A stretch of DNA of 64,000 nucleotides, from assembly GCA_002633005.1 (NCBI GenBank), contig NMRA01000236.1:279030-343029 (forward strand), given 5' to 3'. Both the position numbers and the translations under genes were made by a program. Shown piece by piece: positions 1 through 11,456 of the stretch. The notes below the pieces were generated by a model. It did no database searches. It had not been told where the DNA came from and was given only the letters and a program-made list of their open reading frames with translations. The DNA is from Phoronis australis (taxonomy: Eukaryota > Animalia > Phoronida). Numbering within the stretch: the stretch's first letter is position 1; every line of letters starts with the position of its first letter.

Positions 1-761
1 TCTCTCATTCCTCCTGTTTAATTATTTAGAATTTACTATTTTTCGTAATATTTATTTTCTTCAATTATTTTTTTAATTTCTGTATGGACCACCACGGAAT
101 TTTTTTAAAACTTTTCAATGTTATCCAGATAGTGTACATAATTATTTTTTAAATTTCTTTTATTGTAACTTGTACCTATTGCTGTGTTTATTCTTGTATA
201 TTATCAAAAAAAACTAATGACAATAATAATAATAAAAAAATAATAATCGTTTGCAACTCAAATATTTTCAGAAAATGTTACAAGTTGAACGCACAATTAC
301 CGTTGTTTTCATCTTTGTTATCTCTACCCAAGTAATAAGTCGTTAAATTTAATACTGAATTCTTTTCCTAGAATAAACGTGTAATGTAACGAACAGGTTC
401 ATACACTATAGGTTATGATCCTCCACATGAACAGTCTGCCGAAAAAAAGAATCTAAGACTCCGAAGCTTATGATATAAATACGTATTCGGTCTCGGTACA
501 TACGCGGAATAACGTCTCATGGGATTATTTCATCTACGCTACTCTTGGTATGTTTTGTGGATTTATTTTGCAGCGATTCCGATAAATTTTGTCATACGCA
601 ATAATTGGATAAGCGCGTATCCAACGCAGGCTGAGCGTATTGTCAACTTGCTCACACACGGCTGCAGCTGTAGGCAACATGCTCACTGGTTTGAATGCTA
701 CGTTCAATAGTAAAGTAAGAGATCGATTTTTGTTGCCAGGTGCTTTAGTATATACCGGTAA

Positions 762-939
762 CAGTGGCAGATCTACGTTTTCAGTAAGGGGGGGGGGGNG
801 GGGGGTTAGGATTCGAGTGAATTCGAGTCGCGTAGTTGATTTCATTTTCCTGGCGAAATTTATTTCATTTTTTTATTTTTGATCCTGTCCCGAGGGGTGG
901 GGTTGAACCCCCTGAACCCCTCCTGTAGATCCGCCTGTG
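762..939. mobile_element. Short non-autonomous TIR element (MITE), CAGTGGC(A/G)GATCTAC family
   Basis: Left end CAGTGGCAGATCTAC, right end GTAGATCCGCCTGTG (imperfect inverted repeat), G-run inside. The same 5' end recurs at 63915, and a related element lies at 45174-45331. Confidence 0.65.
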
Positions 940-2404
940 GGTAATTAGTTTTCACGGGCTGCTAAAGGAACACAGAAGTGACCTATGAGCTGAGTTTGTT
1001 TGCATTTAAGGAGCGGTAGCTCTTCGTCTGCGCTAGCACCAACACCCAATCGAAGTCTTAGTCTCTGCGGTCGCAAGCCATCGCTTTGCAAGCCGAGCTA
1101 AACGCCACTAGGTAGATAACAGAGTAAAGCATACTAAGCGTCTTTAAATTGTAAAACCAGGCCCGTAGCCAGCATTGCGAAGGGAGTGGTCCGAATTTCT
1201 TGAACAGTGGATCTTTGATATTTTGCAAACGTCGACACTGGGGAGTTTTCATTAAGGCCCTCAATTGACGCAGCTTAATCAGGAGTAAGGGAAATTTATA
1301 TCCACAACGATGACTCTCAGCTCTATGTTTTTGAGATGAATTAGTAATACCACAAAGAGATGAGGATGTCGTGACAGTTGCTCGCAAATAACGAGACTCA
1401 ATTCCGATGTAATGTGATCCAAACGTTCTCGCTTTACTTCCTGCCAAATTTTCAAATCATGCATGCTTAAATGAGTGACAGAAATATTTAGTCGGAGAAT
1501 AACTTGACGAATTTTTTATCTAGTTTTATTTTGCGTGTTACTCAGTTAAATAACTGACGTTGGAATTGGGAGCAGCCTATTACTCACCATTCGGTTCGTC
1601 ATTCCGAAGGTTTACTACTTCGAATGTTCACTACAACTTTTTCAACCCATGTGTAATTTTACACGTTTACATGCAAAATGAATGGTACTACGGCTATTAG
1701 ATACACTGAATGGTGAACATACCTGAAACAACGCCCGATTAATAAAATACTTTGTTTGGAATTCATGCGTATGCAAAATTACCCGCATGTCTTACGAACA
1801 CGGAAAAATGAGAACGCTATTGCATTTTAAAAAATATGGAGTGGCAATATTGATGAATTATCAAGCAGGATACATTCATCAAATCCATATCGAGGTCACG
1901 ACATTTCACAGTGAGATTGAAAAGTTTAGGGTCGCTGCGCCTGAACCTCACCCACCGGAACCACGCACACACCCGGGTTGAAATTTAATGTAGTTAGCAG
2001 GCTACCCTGTTCCTGCCAGTCTTCAAGAAGTCAGACGACCGGTGGCGTTGAGTAGTGAAGCAGCCTTATACAGATCTCTCCCAGAGTTTGCTTTATAACT
2101 TGTTTAAAATGGTGATAAATACTGGAGTGAGATTCATCATCAAAGCTAGGGAATACAAAGAAACCAGAAAAATAAGTTTTGGAGATTCTGTCATATGATT
2201 ATACTACATCTGAATTTTCTAAAGGAATGACTTGGGCAAACTGATTCTGACCTTTGACTACCTGCTTACACTGGGTCACCCCCTGGTGAGTGATTTGTTG
2301 TGGCACATCAATAGCACCAAGACCACCATGTTTTAAGTTTGAAAGGACAGTTGTCAACTCTTGAATACTAAATAGACCACGCTATAGAGATTAAAGTTGT
2401 GAAA

Positions 2405-2997
2405 ATGGATACAAGACAAATGGAAGAACGCCTAGCGAGAATGGAGGAAAAATTATAAAGTTTGTTCAGCAAATAATTAAACAAAAAACGCTGGAGCTTA
2501 ACACTGAATTAGCAAAGAACAAAAAAGAAAATGAAGTGCTCAAGGAAGAGATTAATAAACTAGAACAATATTCACGAAGAAACAGCGTAAGAATATATGG
2601 AGTGAAAGAAGACGACAGAGAGAACAGCTTGGAAGTGGTTTCAAGCTTTGTAGAGAAATCATTGAACATCAAGACTGAGCCATCGCTGATTGATAGAGCC
2701 CATCGTATTGGAAGACCCCCACCTAGAACCACAAGACTGGCATTCAACCTTAAAACAAGGCATAATAATTGTGAAATTCATATCATTACCAAACTAAACA
2801 AAGTGTCACTGAGAAAAAAAAATCTCAAAGGCACCAGTCACTTCATATTGGATGACTTAACTTCATACAACTACCAACTTCTTAAGACGGCTTACAATGA
2901 CAGCAGAGTTAAATCCAGTAAGTCCAAAGACGGGCGTATTTTTATACAGTTGAACAGTGTTGCAACGAAAGTTATCATGCGTGAGTCTGATATTTGA
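2405..2997 (+). pseudogene. LINE ORF1 (coiled coil + RRM, transposase-22/L1TD1-like), frameshifted
   Basis: Motifs LEQYSRRNSVRIYGVKE, IDRAHRIG, LKGTSHFILDDLT and KDGRIFI are typical of LINE ORF1. The ATG at 2405 precedes a frameshift. Confidence 0.85.
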
Positions 2998-3166
2998 TGT
3001 CGGAAATACACAATGGTTGACGACTTTGGAACTTCTATCTGATTGAAGACCGAAGACGGACAATGAAATTCACGGACACTTTCAGTTACTTTTTAAGTTT
3101 TGTGTTGTACAACTATTATTAAAATCTCTTGGTCTATCTACGCCGACCTCTAGTCTATATACACTG

Positions 3167-3209
3167 TCAAGACGTTTCGGTCGGTCTCTTCTCCGGCCAT
3201 CGTCAGGTG
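3167..3209 (-). ncRNA. Minimal type I hammerhead ribozyme (inverted pLTR copy)
   Basis: Minus strand reads CAC-CTGACGA-TGGCCGG..CCGACC-GAAA-CG-TC-TTG. Conserved CUGANGA/GAAA/UH core; one stem I mismatch. Confidence 0.7.
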
Positions 3210-3241
3210 TTCCCGCGTTCTTAGAAGAACGTGGTACACTC

Positions 3242-3793
3242 ATGGAAAGAAACTGCCACCCAAGGGATTTCATCAAGTCGGCTTTAACATCGCAGAGGAA
3301 AGACAAAGTGGCAGAAGAACACCCACTGCAGACTATGTGCTTACCGTATATACCCGGAATAACCGAGAAGCTATTACGCATATGTGGAGAATTTAAAATA
3401 AGAACAGTATACCGCAGCTCAGACACACTGGGTCGGCGATTGACAAAAGTCAAACCAAGAACTGACATGGGAAAAAAGAAAAATGTCATCGATAAAATCC
3501 CATGTGAATGTGGTGAATCGTATATCGGTGAAACATTAAGACCACCGGAGACAAGAATTGCTGAACATAAGAGGGGTTGTAGAGAACGTAATACCTCATC
3601 AGGAGTAGCAGAACACATGTGGTCGAAACAAAACAACATCCACTGGAATAACATCCTAATACTTAACAGTGAAAAAGGTAGGACCAAGAGAAAGATCAAG
3701 GAAGCCATGTACATGAAAGTACAATGCAATGTCTTCAGCCAGCCAAGCGAACAACCAAGTGACACCTGGCTCAGTCTACTTAGGAAGGTTTAA
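3242..3793 (+). CDS. Penelope-like RT C-terminus/thumb linker plus GIY-YIG endonuclease (fragment)
   Basis: Motifs LPYIPGITEKL, NVIDKIPCECGESYIGETLR, RIAEH, SGVAEH and KRKIKEAMY match the Penelope/Poseidon GIY-YIG domain. 5'-truncated, with no RT core. Confidence 0.85.
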   Translation: MERNCHPRDFIKSALTSQRKDKVAEEHPLQTMCLPYIPGITEKLLRICGEFKIRTVYRSSDTLGRRLTKVKPRTDMGKKKNVIDKIPCECGESYIGETLRPPETRIAEHKRGCRERNTSSGVAEHMWSKQNNIHWNNILILNSEKGRTKRKIKEAMYMKVQCNVFSQPSEQPSDTWLSLLRKV

Positions 3794-3821
3794 GTATAAT
3801 AAAATTCCCTCTAAGTAATTG

Positions 3822-3905
3822 GCTGACTCCGTGGTGTAGTGGTTACGGTGCTGGACTCGAATTATCTGTAGTTTCAGAAGTCATGGGTTCAAATCCTGCC
3901 TCGCA
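3822..3905 (+). ncRNA. tRNA-Ser(CGA)-like Pol III module inside the PLE 3' region (not a bona fide tRNA)
   Basis: A box TGGTGTAGTGGTTA, anticodon-like TGGACTCGAAT, variable-arm-like hairpin TCTG..CAGA, B box GGTTCAAATCC. The acceptor stem is poorly paired. Confidence 0.6.
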
Positions 3906-3950
3906 TGAGTGTAGCACGTATCCGTGCTCGTTCTTCTAAGAACGCGGGAA

Positions 3951-3992
3951 CACCTGACGATGGCTGGAGAAGAGACCGACCGAAACGTCGTG
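3951..3992 (+). ncRNA. Minimal type I hammerhead ribozyme in the PLE pseudo-LTR
   Basis: CAC-CTGACGA-TGGCTGG(AGAAGAGA)CCGACC-GAAA-CG-TC-GTG: stem I CAC/GTG, conserved core, and the palindromic minimal stem III typical of PLE hammerheads. Confidence 0.8.
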
Positions 3993-4204
3993 ACAGTGTA
4001 TATAGAAAAGAGGTGGGTGTAAATAGACCAAGAGATTTTAATAATAGTTGTAATACGCCACCTCCTCAGAGCGGTGTTAGGAAGTCATTTTGTGTTGTAG
4101 TTACATTGTATGAATGTGTGAGTGCATGTGCCAATTACGGATATATTGATATGATTACTTCAGCTTGAACTGTCAAGTGGATAAAGGTTTCTTGTTAGAT
4201 AATT

Positions 4205-7200
4205 GTTAAATTAAACTTTATTACCTTATATTGCAGGGGGTTGAACACTGAAATAAAGAGACATTATCTTTTTGACTTTCTTAAAAAAGAAAAGTTTGAT
4301 GTAGCCTTCTTACAGGAAACCTATAGTTTGGAATAGTCTTTATCTAAATGGTGTTTAAAATGGGATGGTTACATTTTTGCTTCTCATGGTTCCTAACATA
4401 GTAGGGGAGTTGCTATCATCTACTCCAGAGACATAGATTTTGAATTTATTGGCCAAGATGCAGATGGCAGATATGTGTGTGTGGAGGCCACTTTAGACAA
4501 TACCACTTGTATTTTTAAATACTTACTGCCCGAACGAAAATGCTTCTCAACTATATTTTCTAGATAAAATAGATTATATGGAAATAGTAATAATATCTTC
4601 TGAGCAGGGGATTATAACTGTCCCTTAGGAGAAATAGACAAACAGGGGCTGAGGGACACAAGCTGTAAGCAAGTTACTATAGACTGTATAAATAATTTAT
4701 CTGAAGAGCATAATCTTTTTGATATTTGGAGGTATCATTGTCCTGGCAAGAAACAATTTACATGGCATGATAAGTATTTTAAGTCCCGAAGTAGAATTGA
4801 TTACTGGCTTTGTTCCAAGTTTTTAAGGACCATATTAAAAGTAGTATTCTTAACGATTTTATATATTCTGATCGTGCTGCTGTTAAATTCACAATTTCAC
4901 TCAATGAAATTTGTGCTAGAGGGCCTGGTTTTTGGTAACTTAATGACAGCCTTTTAGAAAACGGTGTCTTTGTTATGAATTTGAAAGAAGTTATTACAAA
5001 ACTGGTTAAGGAGTATGCAGACTTAACCAATAATGGGGAATGGTAAAACTGAAAATCAGCGAGCACACCATACTTTTTCAAAACAAAAAAGGACAACTGA
5101 TGCTAATAAGGAGGAACTCATTAATTTGGTAAATAATTTTACTGTTGAATTAGAAAAGGATAACTAAAATAATGAAACCATGGAAGGCTTGGACAAAACC
5201 AGAGTAGAATTGCAATTACTGCAGACCCAAAAAGTAACAGGAGATGTGGTCAGAAGTAGAGCTCAATGGATAGAAAATGGAGAAGGTAACTCCAAATATT
5301 TTGGCAACTTGGAAAGACGAAACTACAAGAAAAAATGTATTACTGAGCTTAAAAATAATAATTAGAGGTCAAGGCCTAATAAGGAAGGAAATACGTGATT
5401 ATTTTTTCAAGTTATATAGCAGTGATAATAACAAGTTAGAAACAAATTTAAATTTTCTCAATATGTTTGAATTGCCGGACACTCTATCAATCGATGATGC
5501 TTAATTTCTGGAGAGTGATTTTACACAAGCTGAATTTTATGAAATTTTAAAAAATACTGAGAACAACAAATCGCCAGGAACGGATGGTTTGAGTTATGAA
5601 TTTTATAAATGTTTTTGGGAAGAATTTAAAGGTACACTCTTTGAGTGTTTTGAATACAGCCTTTTAGTTGGAAGTTTATATTCCTCACAAAATACAGGAA
5701 TTATAACTCTTATACCTTAAGTCTAAAGATGACTCAGAATTACAGACATTAGATTTTTGGAGACCAATAACATTGTTAAACATTGATTACAAACTGTTAA
5801 CCAAAGTTCTGACGTCACGTATACAGCAGTTGATACATATTAATCAAAGTAATTTTAAGGGAAGATTTATTGGTTACAAAATAAGAACAATAGAAGATGT
5901 TATTGCATATACAAACTTAAATAAAGTTCAAGGCCACATCCTATTTTTGGACTTCAAAAAAGTTTATGACACAATTGAATAGAAATTTATTCAAAACGTT
6001 TTGCGTGCCTTTAACTTTGGTCCCAATTTTAAAAAAACGGGTTAACATCCTCTATAACAACTCCACTTCCTGTGTGATTAACAATGGCCTGTCCACTGAC
6101 TATGTTAAACTTAAAAGAGGTGTTAAACAATGAGACTCATTGTCAGGTCAGTTATTTTGTTTATGTATAGAAGTAATGGCGAATTGTACTAGAAAACGTA
6201 ATTTAATTAGAGGTATTAGTATTGAAGGATATGAATTTAAGGTATTGTACTATACTGACGATACAACAATATTTCTTCAAGACAAGACTTCGGGTTCCAT
6301 TTTATTAGACTTCCTTCAAAGTTTTGTGGAAGTTTCTGGATTAAAGTTAAATCCAAATAAGTGTGAAGGCCTCCATCTTGGCAAGGATAAGGAATCCAAT
6401 GAAATTTTGTATAACTTTAAATAGTCTGGAAAGCCAGTCAAATGTTTGGGCACATATTTTGGGCACAATAAGGAAAGAAAGAATGCGCGTAATTATGATG
6501 ACAAAATTAAAAGTCGCAATATTTCCTTACTTGGAAGAATTGAGTTGATCAAAGCTTTTGCTATGTCCAAAATAACTTATGTTATGAATATATTAGTTAT
6601 GCCTCCTAACAAACGACGGGAGATAAATAATGTTATTCATGGTTGCATATGGCAAATAAGTCCCCAAGAGTTAGAGATATTGCTGTAAATAGAAGAGGAA
6701 AGAGGGGTCTTAGCTGTTCCAGACGTCAACATTTTGTATACGTCTTTGTTAATTAAATGGAATAAGCGTTTTTAGAAGGAAACAATAAAGAATGGGATAT
6801 ATTGCCTAAATATGTTTATAGAAAGTATGCAAGTTGTGTTATATTAAATCTACTTATGCTTATAAAAATTTGCTTATAGAAAATTTCAACCTATTGTTCT
6901 CTGACATGTTATGGTCCTGGGAGCAAATAACAGACTACTTACATAAGAATGTTGGTTTAAAAATCAAGTTGTATGGAATAACAAAAATATTTTGATGAAT
7001 GGAAAAACTGTGTTCTACATCAAATATTACAATGCTGGAATTGATTTTGTTTATGACTTATTAGATTTCGAAAATAAATGATTATTCTGGGAGGTTTTAA
7101 AGGAAAGATACAAATTAAGCAATTGGATATAGTACATTGCTCTGGCCAAGGCAATGAAAATTTAAGATAGTTCGATTAATGATGGTGCCAGCAGCATGCA

Positions 7201-7791
7201 CGACTTTGCACGGGATCGAATTGATACGCGATGGACAAAAGATGTATTACTCTCCATCCAGAAAGCCATCAGTTTCTGATGTAGAACACAGAATTATTTG
7301 CTGACCAGCAAATTAAACAGATTTATATTATGCCTTGTAAAGTGTTGTTCCAAAATCATTTGAAAGTTTTTAACTATTGTCACATGCACAAAGAAGTTTA
7401 CGCAAAATATTTTTTAAAGAAAATGAAAATAGTCCAAAACGACAAATGCTCATTTTGCGGACTCGTAGAAACTTTTAATCACTTGTTTTTGGAATGTGAG
7501 CATGTTCTTTCTTTTTGGAATAAATTACAAACTTGGGTTTCAAACGTCGTTGGAGATAACCTGTTACTGGCTGAAAAACGTGTCCTGCTATTTGCATACT
7601 TTGGAGAACATGGCTACGAAATTAATCACATATTAATGTTAGCTCAGTACTTTATATGTACTTGTTCGAAGTCTTCATGTATTCCTCTACTTCAGGGATT
7701 TCACCCAGTTTTATTCGACACTGTCAAGACATGGAGAGAAACACCCCCTGACTTGCTGGGATTTTTTGAAACCCTTATACATTCAGTATAA
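4205..7791 (+). pseudogene. LINE ORF2 (APE endonuclease, reverse transcriptase, zf-RVT), disrupted
   Basis: APE motifs LYCRGLN and FLQET; VRSRAQWIENGE; KSPGTDGL; WRPITLLNIDYKLLTKVL; FLDFKKVYDTIE; YYTDDTT; C-terminal CSFCGLVETFNHLFLEC. Many stops and frameshifts. Confidence 0.9.
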
Positions 7792-8179
7792 ATTCAAGCA
7801 GAGCTGAAATGCGCGAATGTAAGAGTGAATGAGTTTGTGTTTGTTTTCTTTTTTACTGTATTCCATTGTTAATTTCAGTTTATGCAAATAAACTCATTAA
7901 AAAAGAAGTCAGAGAGTCCCTTCAATCTTCTTAATTTAAAACCGCTGATCGCCGCAGCCCTGACCCGTGTCTCAGACGTTGTCCATGCTTGTGAAGGAGT
8001 GTTAGATTCAAGAATCACGATTGGCAGTGATTGGAAGTGAGCTCATCTGTGAACAATGCAACCAATGCATTAAGAATTATTAAACTTTTGCACACCCTTT
8101 AAATGGTAACTAAATGGACAACTGCAATACTTTATTCATGTCTGTTACGACTCATTAGCAGACAATAAGAGTAATCAAC

Positions 8180-8940
8180 TGTGTGACTCAGTGGAGTGCT
8201 TTGTGGTCAGTACTCCTGTGACGACACCACAGGCCGGGCAATCCGAATTAAAGAAAACACTTGGTTCTGTGTCACATATATACGTACGTTTACTGAAAAA
8301 AACAACAACGAGATATCAAAATCTACCAAACATGACTCTGCATACAGGATAACATTCCACGATAGCTAAATAGCAAAACCTATAAACAGTAGTTAAACTA
8401 GCAGTAACGTCAGACTAAACAGAGTAAGCAAGTCACTGACCAAATTCTAGTAACTGATTTTACACAGTATAAGAGAAAACAAAATAAAAAAATTTCCACT
8501 TACAGAATGTGAAGCCCTGTGGCTACCAAACCTAACATCTGTCTCACAAGACTGTCAGAAAACTAATGCAGCGGCTGTGCACCACACCCATGGTCAATCT
8601 GAGTACATCTCCATAACAATATTTCAAAGACAATAGCTCAATGAAAATATAAGAGCACATGTGTCACTCTACAGGAAGTAAAGTAGACACCTGGTGGCCA
8701 CACTACAGACTACATAAATAAAACAAACCCTGGCTAAGTGCACTAACAACTCCTGTTTGGGAGACCTGGGTTCGAATCCTGGCGTCACTGGAGCATTGCA
8801 CAAGTGTGTCTCCCACACCTCTGAGCTCGGTCTTAGTAGTGAAGGTGTTCAAGAGTGTGAATTAGAACTTGGATATAATGCGAAAGCGACTTCTGGGGCT
8901 GTGCTTATAATCAAGCAAAAAAACTGTCGGTATTGTGGAC
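8180..8940 (+). mobile_element. tRNA-derived SINE split by a solo LTR
   Basis: A-box-like TGACTCAGTGG at about 8184 and B box GGGTTCGAATCC at about 8768 rejoin into a tRNA-like head if 8217-8753 is removed. The 3' boundary is approximate. Confidence 0.5.
8217..8748. mobile_element. Solo LTR (532 bp)
   Basis: TGT...ACA termini with 5-bp TSD ACTCC at 8212-8216 and 8749-8753. No internal coding sequence. Confidence 0.75.
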
Positions 8941-10572
8941 ATTCGTGAACATGCTCGTCGGTGTTTTCTCAGTGCAAGAAAAACACGGTTATAGTTAAAT
9001 TCTGATTTTTGAGCAAGACGGAGGGCTGCCTATAGTTAACTTAACGTCGGCTTCTACTGAATTTAACATGACGGAAACGTACACACGTGCACTTGCATGC
9101 ATGTCAATCCACCAATATACAATCGAAGTGGACACTGGATGAAGAACATACCTGTTCTTGACGAACACTTTCAATTCCATATTTGAAAACGCCTGGCCTT
9201 TACTATGCTAGGAAGCAATATCGGATAACAAACATACTTTCTGCTGTTTTGTTTCTTGGTCAATTTTAAGGCAGTCACATCGCACTACTTTTTGAGAACT
9301 CTCTCGCTGCTATACAGCTTAGCTAGGTGTAGACATTTACTTCTAGACTCCCGTGTTACCCTACGGTGTAACCACAACGTGAGTAACATAAACATGCGCG
9401 GCGCAGCACTGAAAAAAGTGGGGCTATAGACCCCCTAGACCCCTATGGTGCGCCGACCATGATTAAAGTCTCCTCTAATGGTCTGGACGATCCTGTAATT
9501 TACTCAAATGCCACTCGGGCGAAGTTGGCCGGGTTCGGCCAGGTGGTTACGTGAAGCGCTTTCAATCTGTAATAGAGCAAGTCTCCACTGAACATCAAAA
9601 ACGTGTATTTCCTCTCATCAGACATACGTTTCAGTTCAACTGATAACGATCAATTTTCATGAAGGCAAAGGAAGGAAACACCCTTCTTCTAAGACTGTCG
9701 CTAGCGAAGTGCCCGACACATACAGTCGCACCCACATGCCCACGTAACAAAGGCGCACTGAGACGCAACAAAGACATTAGCATAAGAATAACTGAACATT
9801 TGCAACTAAATAAGAATAACAATAAGCGTAAAGTTACGAACGTCCCGTCACAAATCATTAGCAAATTCATAATTACTAACATCAGTTATCATTGTAGTTA
9901 GTAGGACCAGTAGCTGCAACTATTTTAGTGTTGTCCATCTGAATCCTATCTTAGATGGATAGACTAGGGCTGGAACTTTTCCGCGGAGGGACGGTTCGAT
10001 CGAACCCCTCGAACCCCCTGGCTACGGGCCTGAAAACCACAGTCGAGCTTGGTTTTAGAGAATGGCTGGCAGACAGCGTCAAGTATTGACAAGTCGCAAA
10101 AACGGAACGTGTTTTGGGGTTTTACAGCTCAAGTCAAAAGCTAATAACTTCGTGAAGAAAATTCCACCCAACAACAAATCCAAAACGTAATATCAACCCG
10201 GCAAATTCATGCGTCTTTGATATCCTAATTGCAGTCACCGTATAGTAAATAATCGAAACTTCTTTTAAAATATTCCCCCTCAAAAACTGATTATTCCGAT
10301 AAATGCCGGCGTCCATATTTCTAAATTCTTTTTACACTGATAAAAAGTACGAAAGGACAAAAGTATTTAACTTAAAAGTGTCGTATTTTCATAACATGTG
10401 TGAATGAGGTCCTCGATGCACCTACAAATATATTATGTCTATGCTCAACGATGGGCGGTGTCTTTATTCTGTTGGCAAAGTAAAGCACTTGACTAATACC
10501 ATTTTAAATTAAAAAACCATAGCCAGAATATAATATTATATAATAAATTCGAGTCGCATATTTGGCCAGAAT

Positions 10573-11107
10573 TAGAGTTGGGTACTAGCGGGACACTAGA
10601 CTTTTTAGAATTTTCACCAACTTTTAGTACCAGAGCAGTAAAGCAGCAGCTTCAGTCTACTCGTTTCCCGAAGTGGCTTTCAGATATTCGATAAATCAGG
10701 AATGTTGACTTTATCAGATAAAAATGCCATTCGAAAATCCTGTGCTTTTTATGTCAAAAACAAGTTTTGTTTTAGGCCACTCACCGTTATAAAATGCCTT
10801 AATATGATTAGAAGCAATCCTCAGGCTTTTTAAGACTTGCCACATGAAGCCCATCAACTGCCCTCGGAATGCAAATGATTTTCAGCAAGGAACGTGTAAT
10901 TCTTGTTTCAAACACATCGTATATCCCAGTTCATCATCAACGTCCAAATTTATGCAACATTTGAAACGACCTCACCGCGTCGACGTTTGCGAACACAGTG
11001 AACTGAAGATGCAACTTGTGCAGAGACAAACAAGCACAGAAACGACCACAACCAAAACCAACGGCTACGAGCCAACTGAGGCTAACAGGCACGGAATTAA
11101 AACATAA
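10573..11107 (+). mobile_element. hAT-like DNA transposon 5' remnant with BED zinc finger
   Basis: TAGAGTTGG terminus-like sequence at 10573. ORF 10844-11107 contains CNSC...SSTSKFMQHLKRPH, a BED finger signature. Confidence 0.6.
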
Positions 11108-11456
11108 ATCTAAAAGCACACAACAAATAACGACGTGCTGCTGCAGGTAACTGAATTTGAATAATTTCCAGTTCATTGTAGTAGTGAATTTAACACAGAG
11201 GGGCACTCCTATAGAAATCATAGAATAGAACAGGAACAATCGTCATGTATACAAGAGGTAGCACTCTCTGACAATGAGCCATTTTCTTATGTCATGTGTC
11301 TAAATAGGTGGGTATGCTAATTTTTAACTTGCACCTCAAGACAAAAAAATAAGAGAGTGTCTCCGGGTAACAAAGACTACGAGAGATTTTGGGTGCAGAA
11401 AAGGAATAAAACAAGAGCCAGAGTCTGAAGGGCCTGTAATGGAAAAGTGTTAGACG

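Larger units (their letters stand above)
3110..4087 (+). mobile_element. 5'-truncated Penelope-like element (PLE) with inverted partial pseudo-LTR
   Basis: TSD TTTTGTGTTGTA at 3098-3109 and 4088-4099. 3108-3231 is the reverse complement of about 3929-4052. Carries a C-terminal GIY-YIG ORF and hammerhead motifs. Confidence 0.9.
2036..7902 (+). mobile_element. Full-length decayed L1/Tx1-clade non-LTR retrotransposon
   Basis: TSD AAGAAGTCAGA at 2025-2035 and 7903-7913. AATAAA plus short A tail at about 7887-7904. Contains ORF1 and ORF2 (APE, RT, zf-RVT) remnants with many stops and frameshifts. Interrupted by a Penelope-like insertion at 3110-4087. Confidence 0.9.

Noticed and set aside
2000-2040. 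Sequence-specific target (snRNA, tRNA or rRNA) for the Tx1-like LINE
   Set aside because: The reconstructed empty site does not resemble any structural RNA or microsatellite I recognise.
3082-3765. 227-aa minus-strand ORF
   Set aside because: Antisense shadow of the GIY-YIG ORF plus the inverted pLTR; no recognisable domain.
3822-3905. Functional tRNA gene calls here and at 15820-15905, 18880-18955 and about 32980-33020
   Set aside because: A/B boxes are present in whole or part, but the acceptor and anticodon stems do not pair properly. They are treated as tRNA-derived modules or SINE heads.
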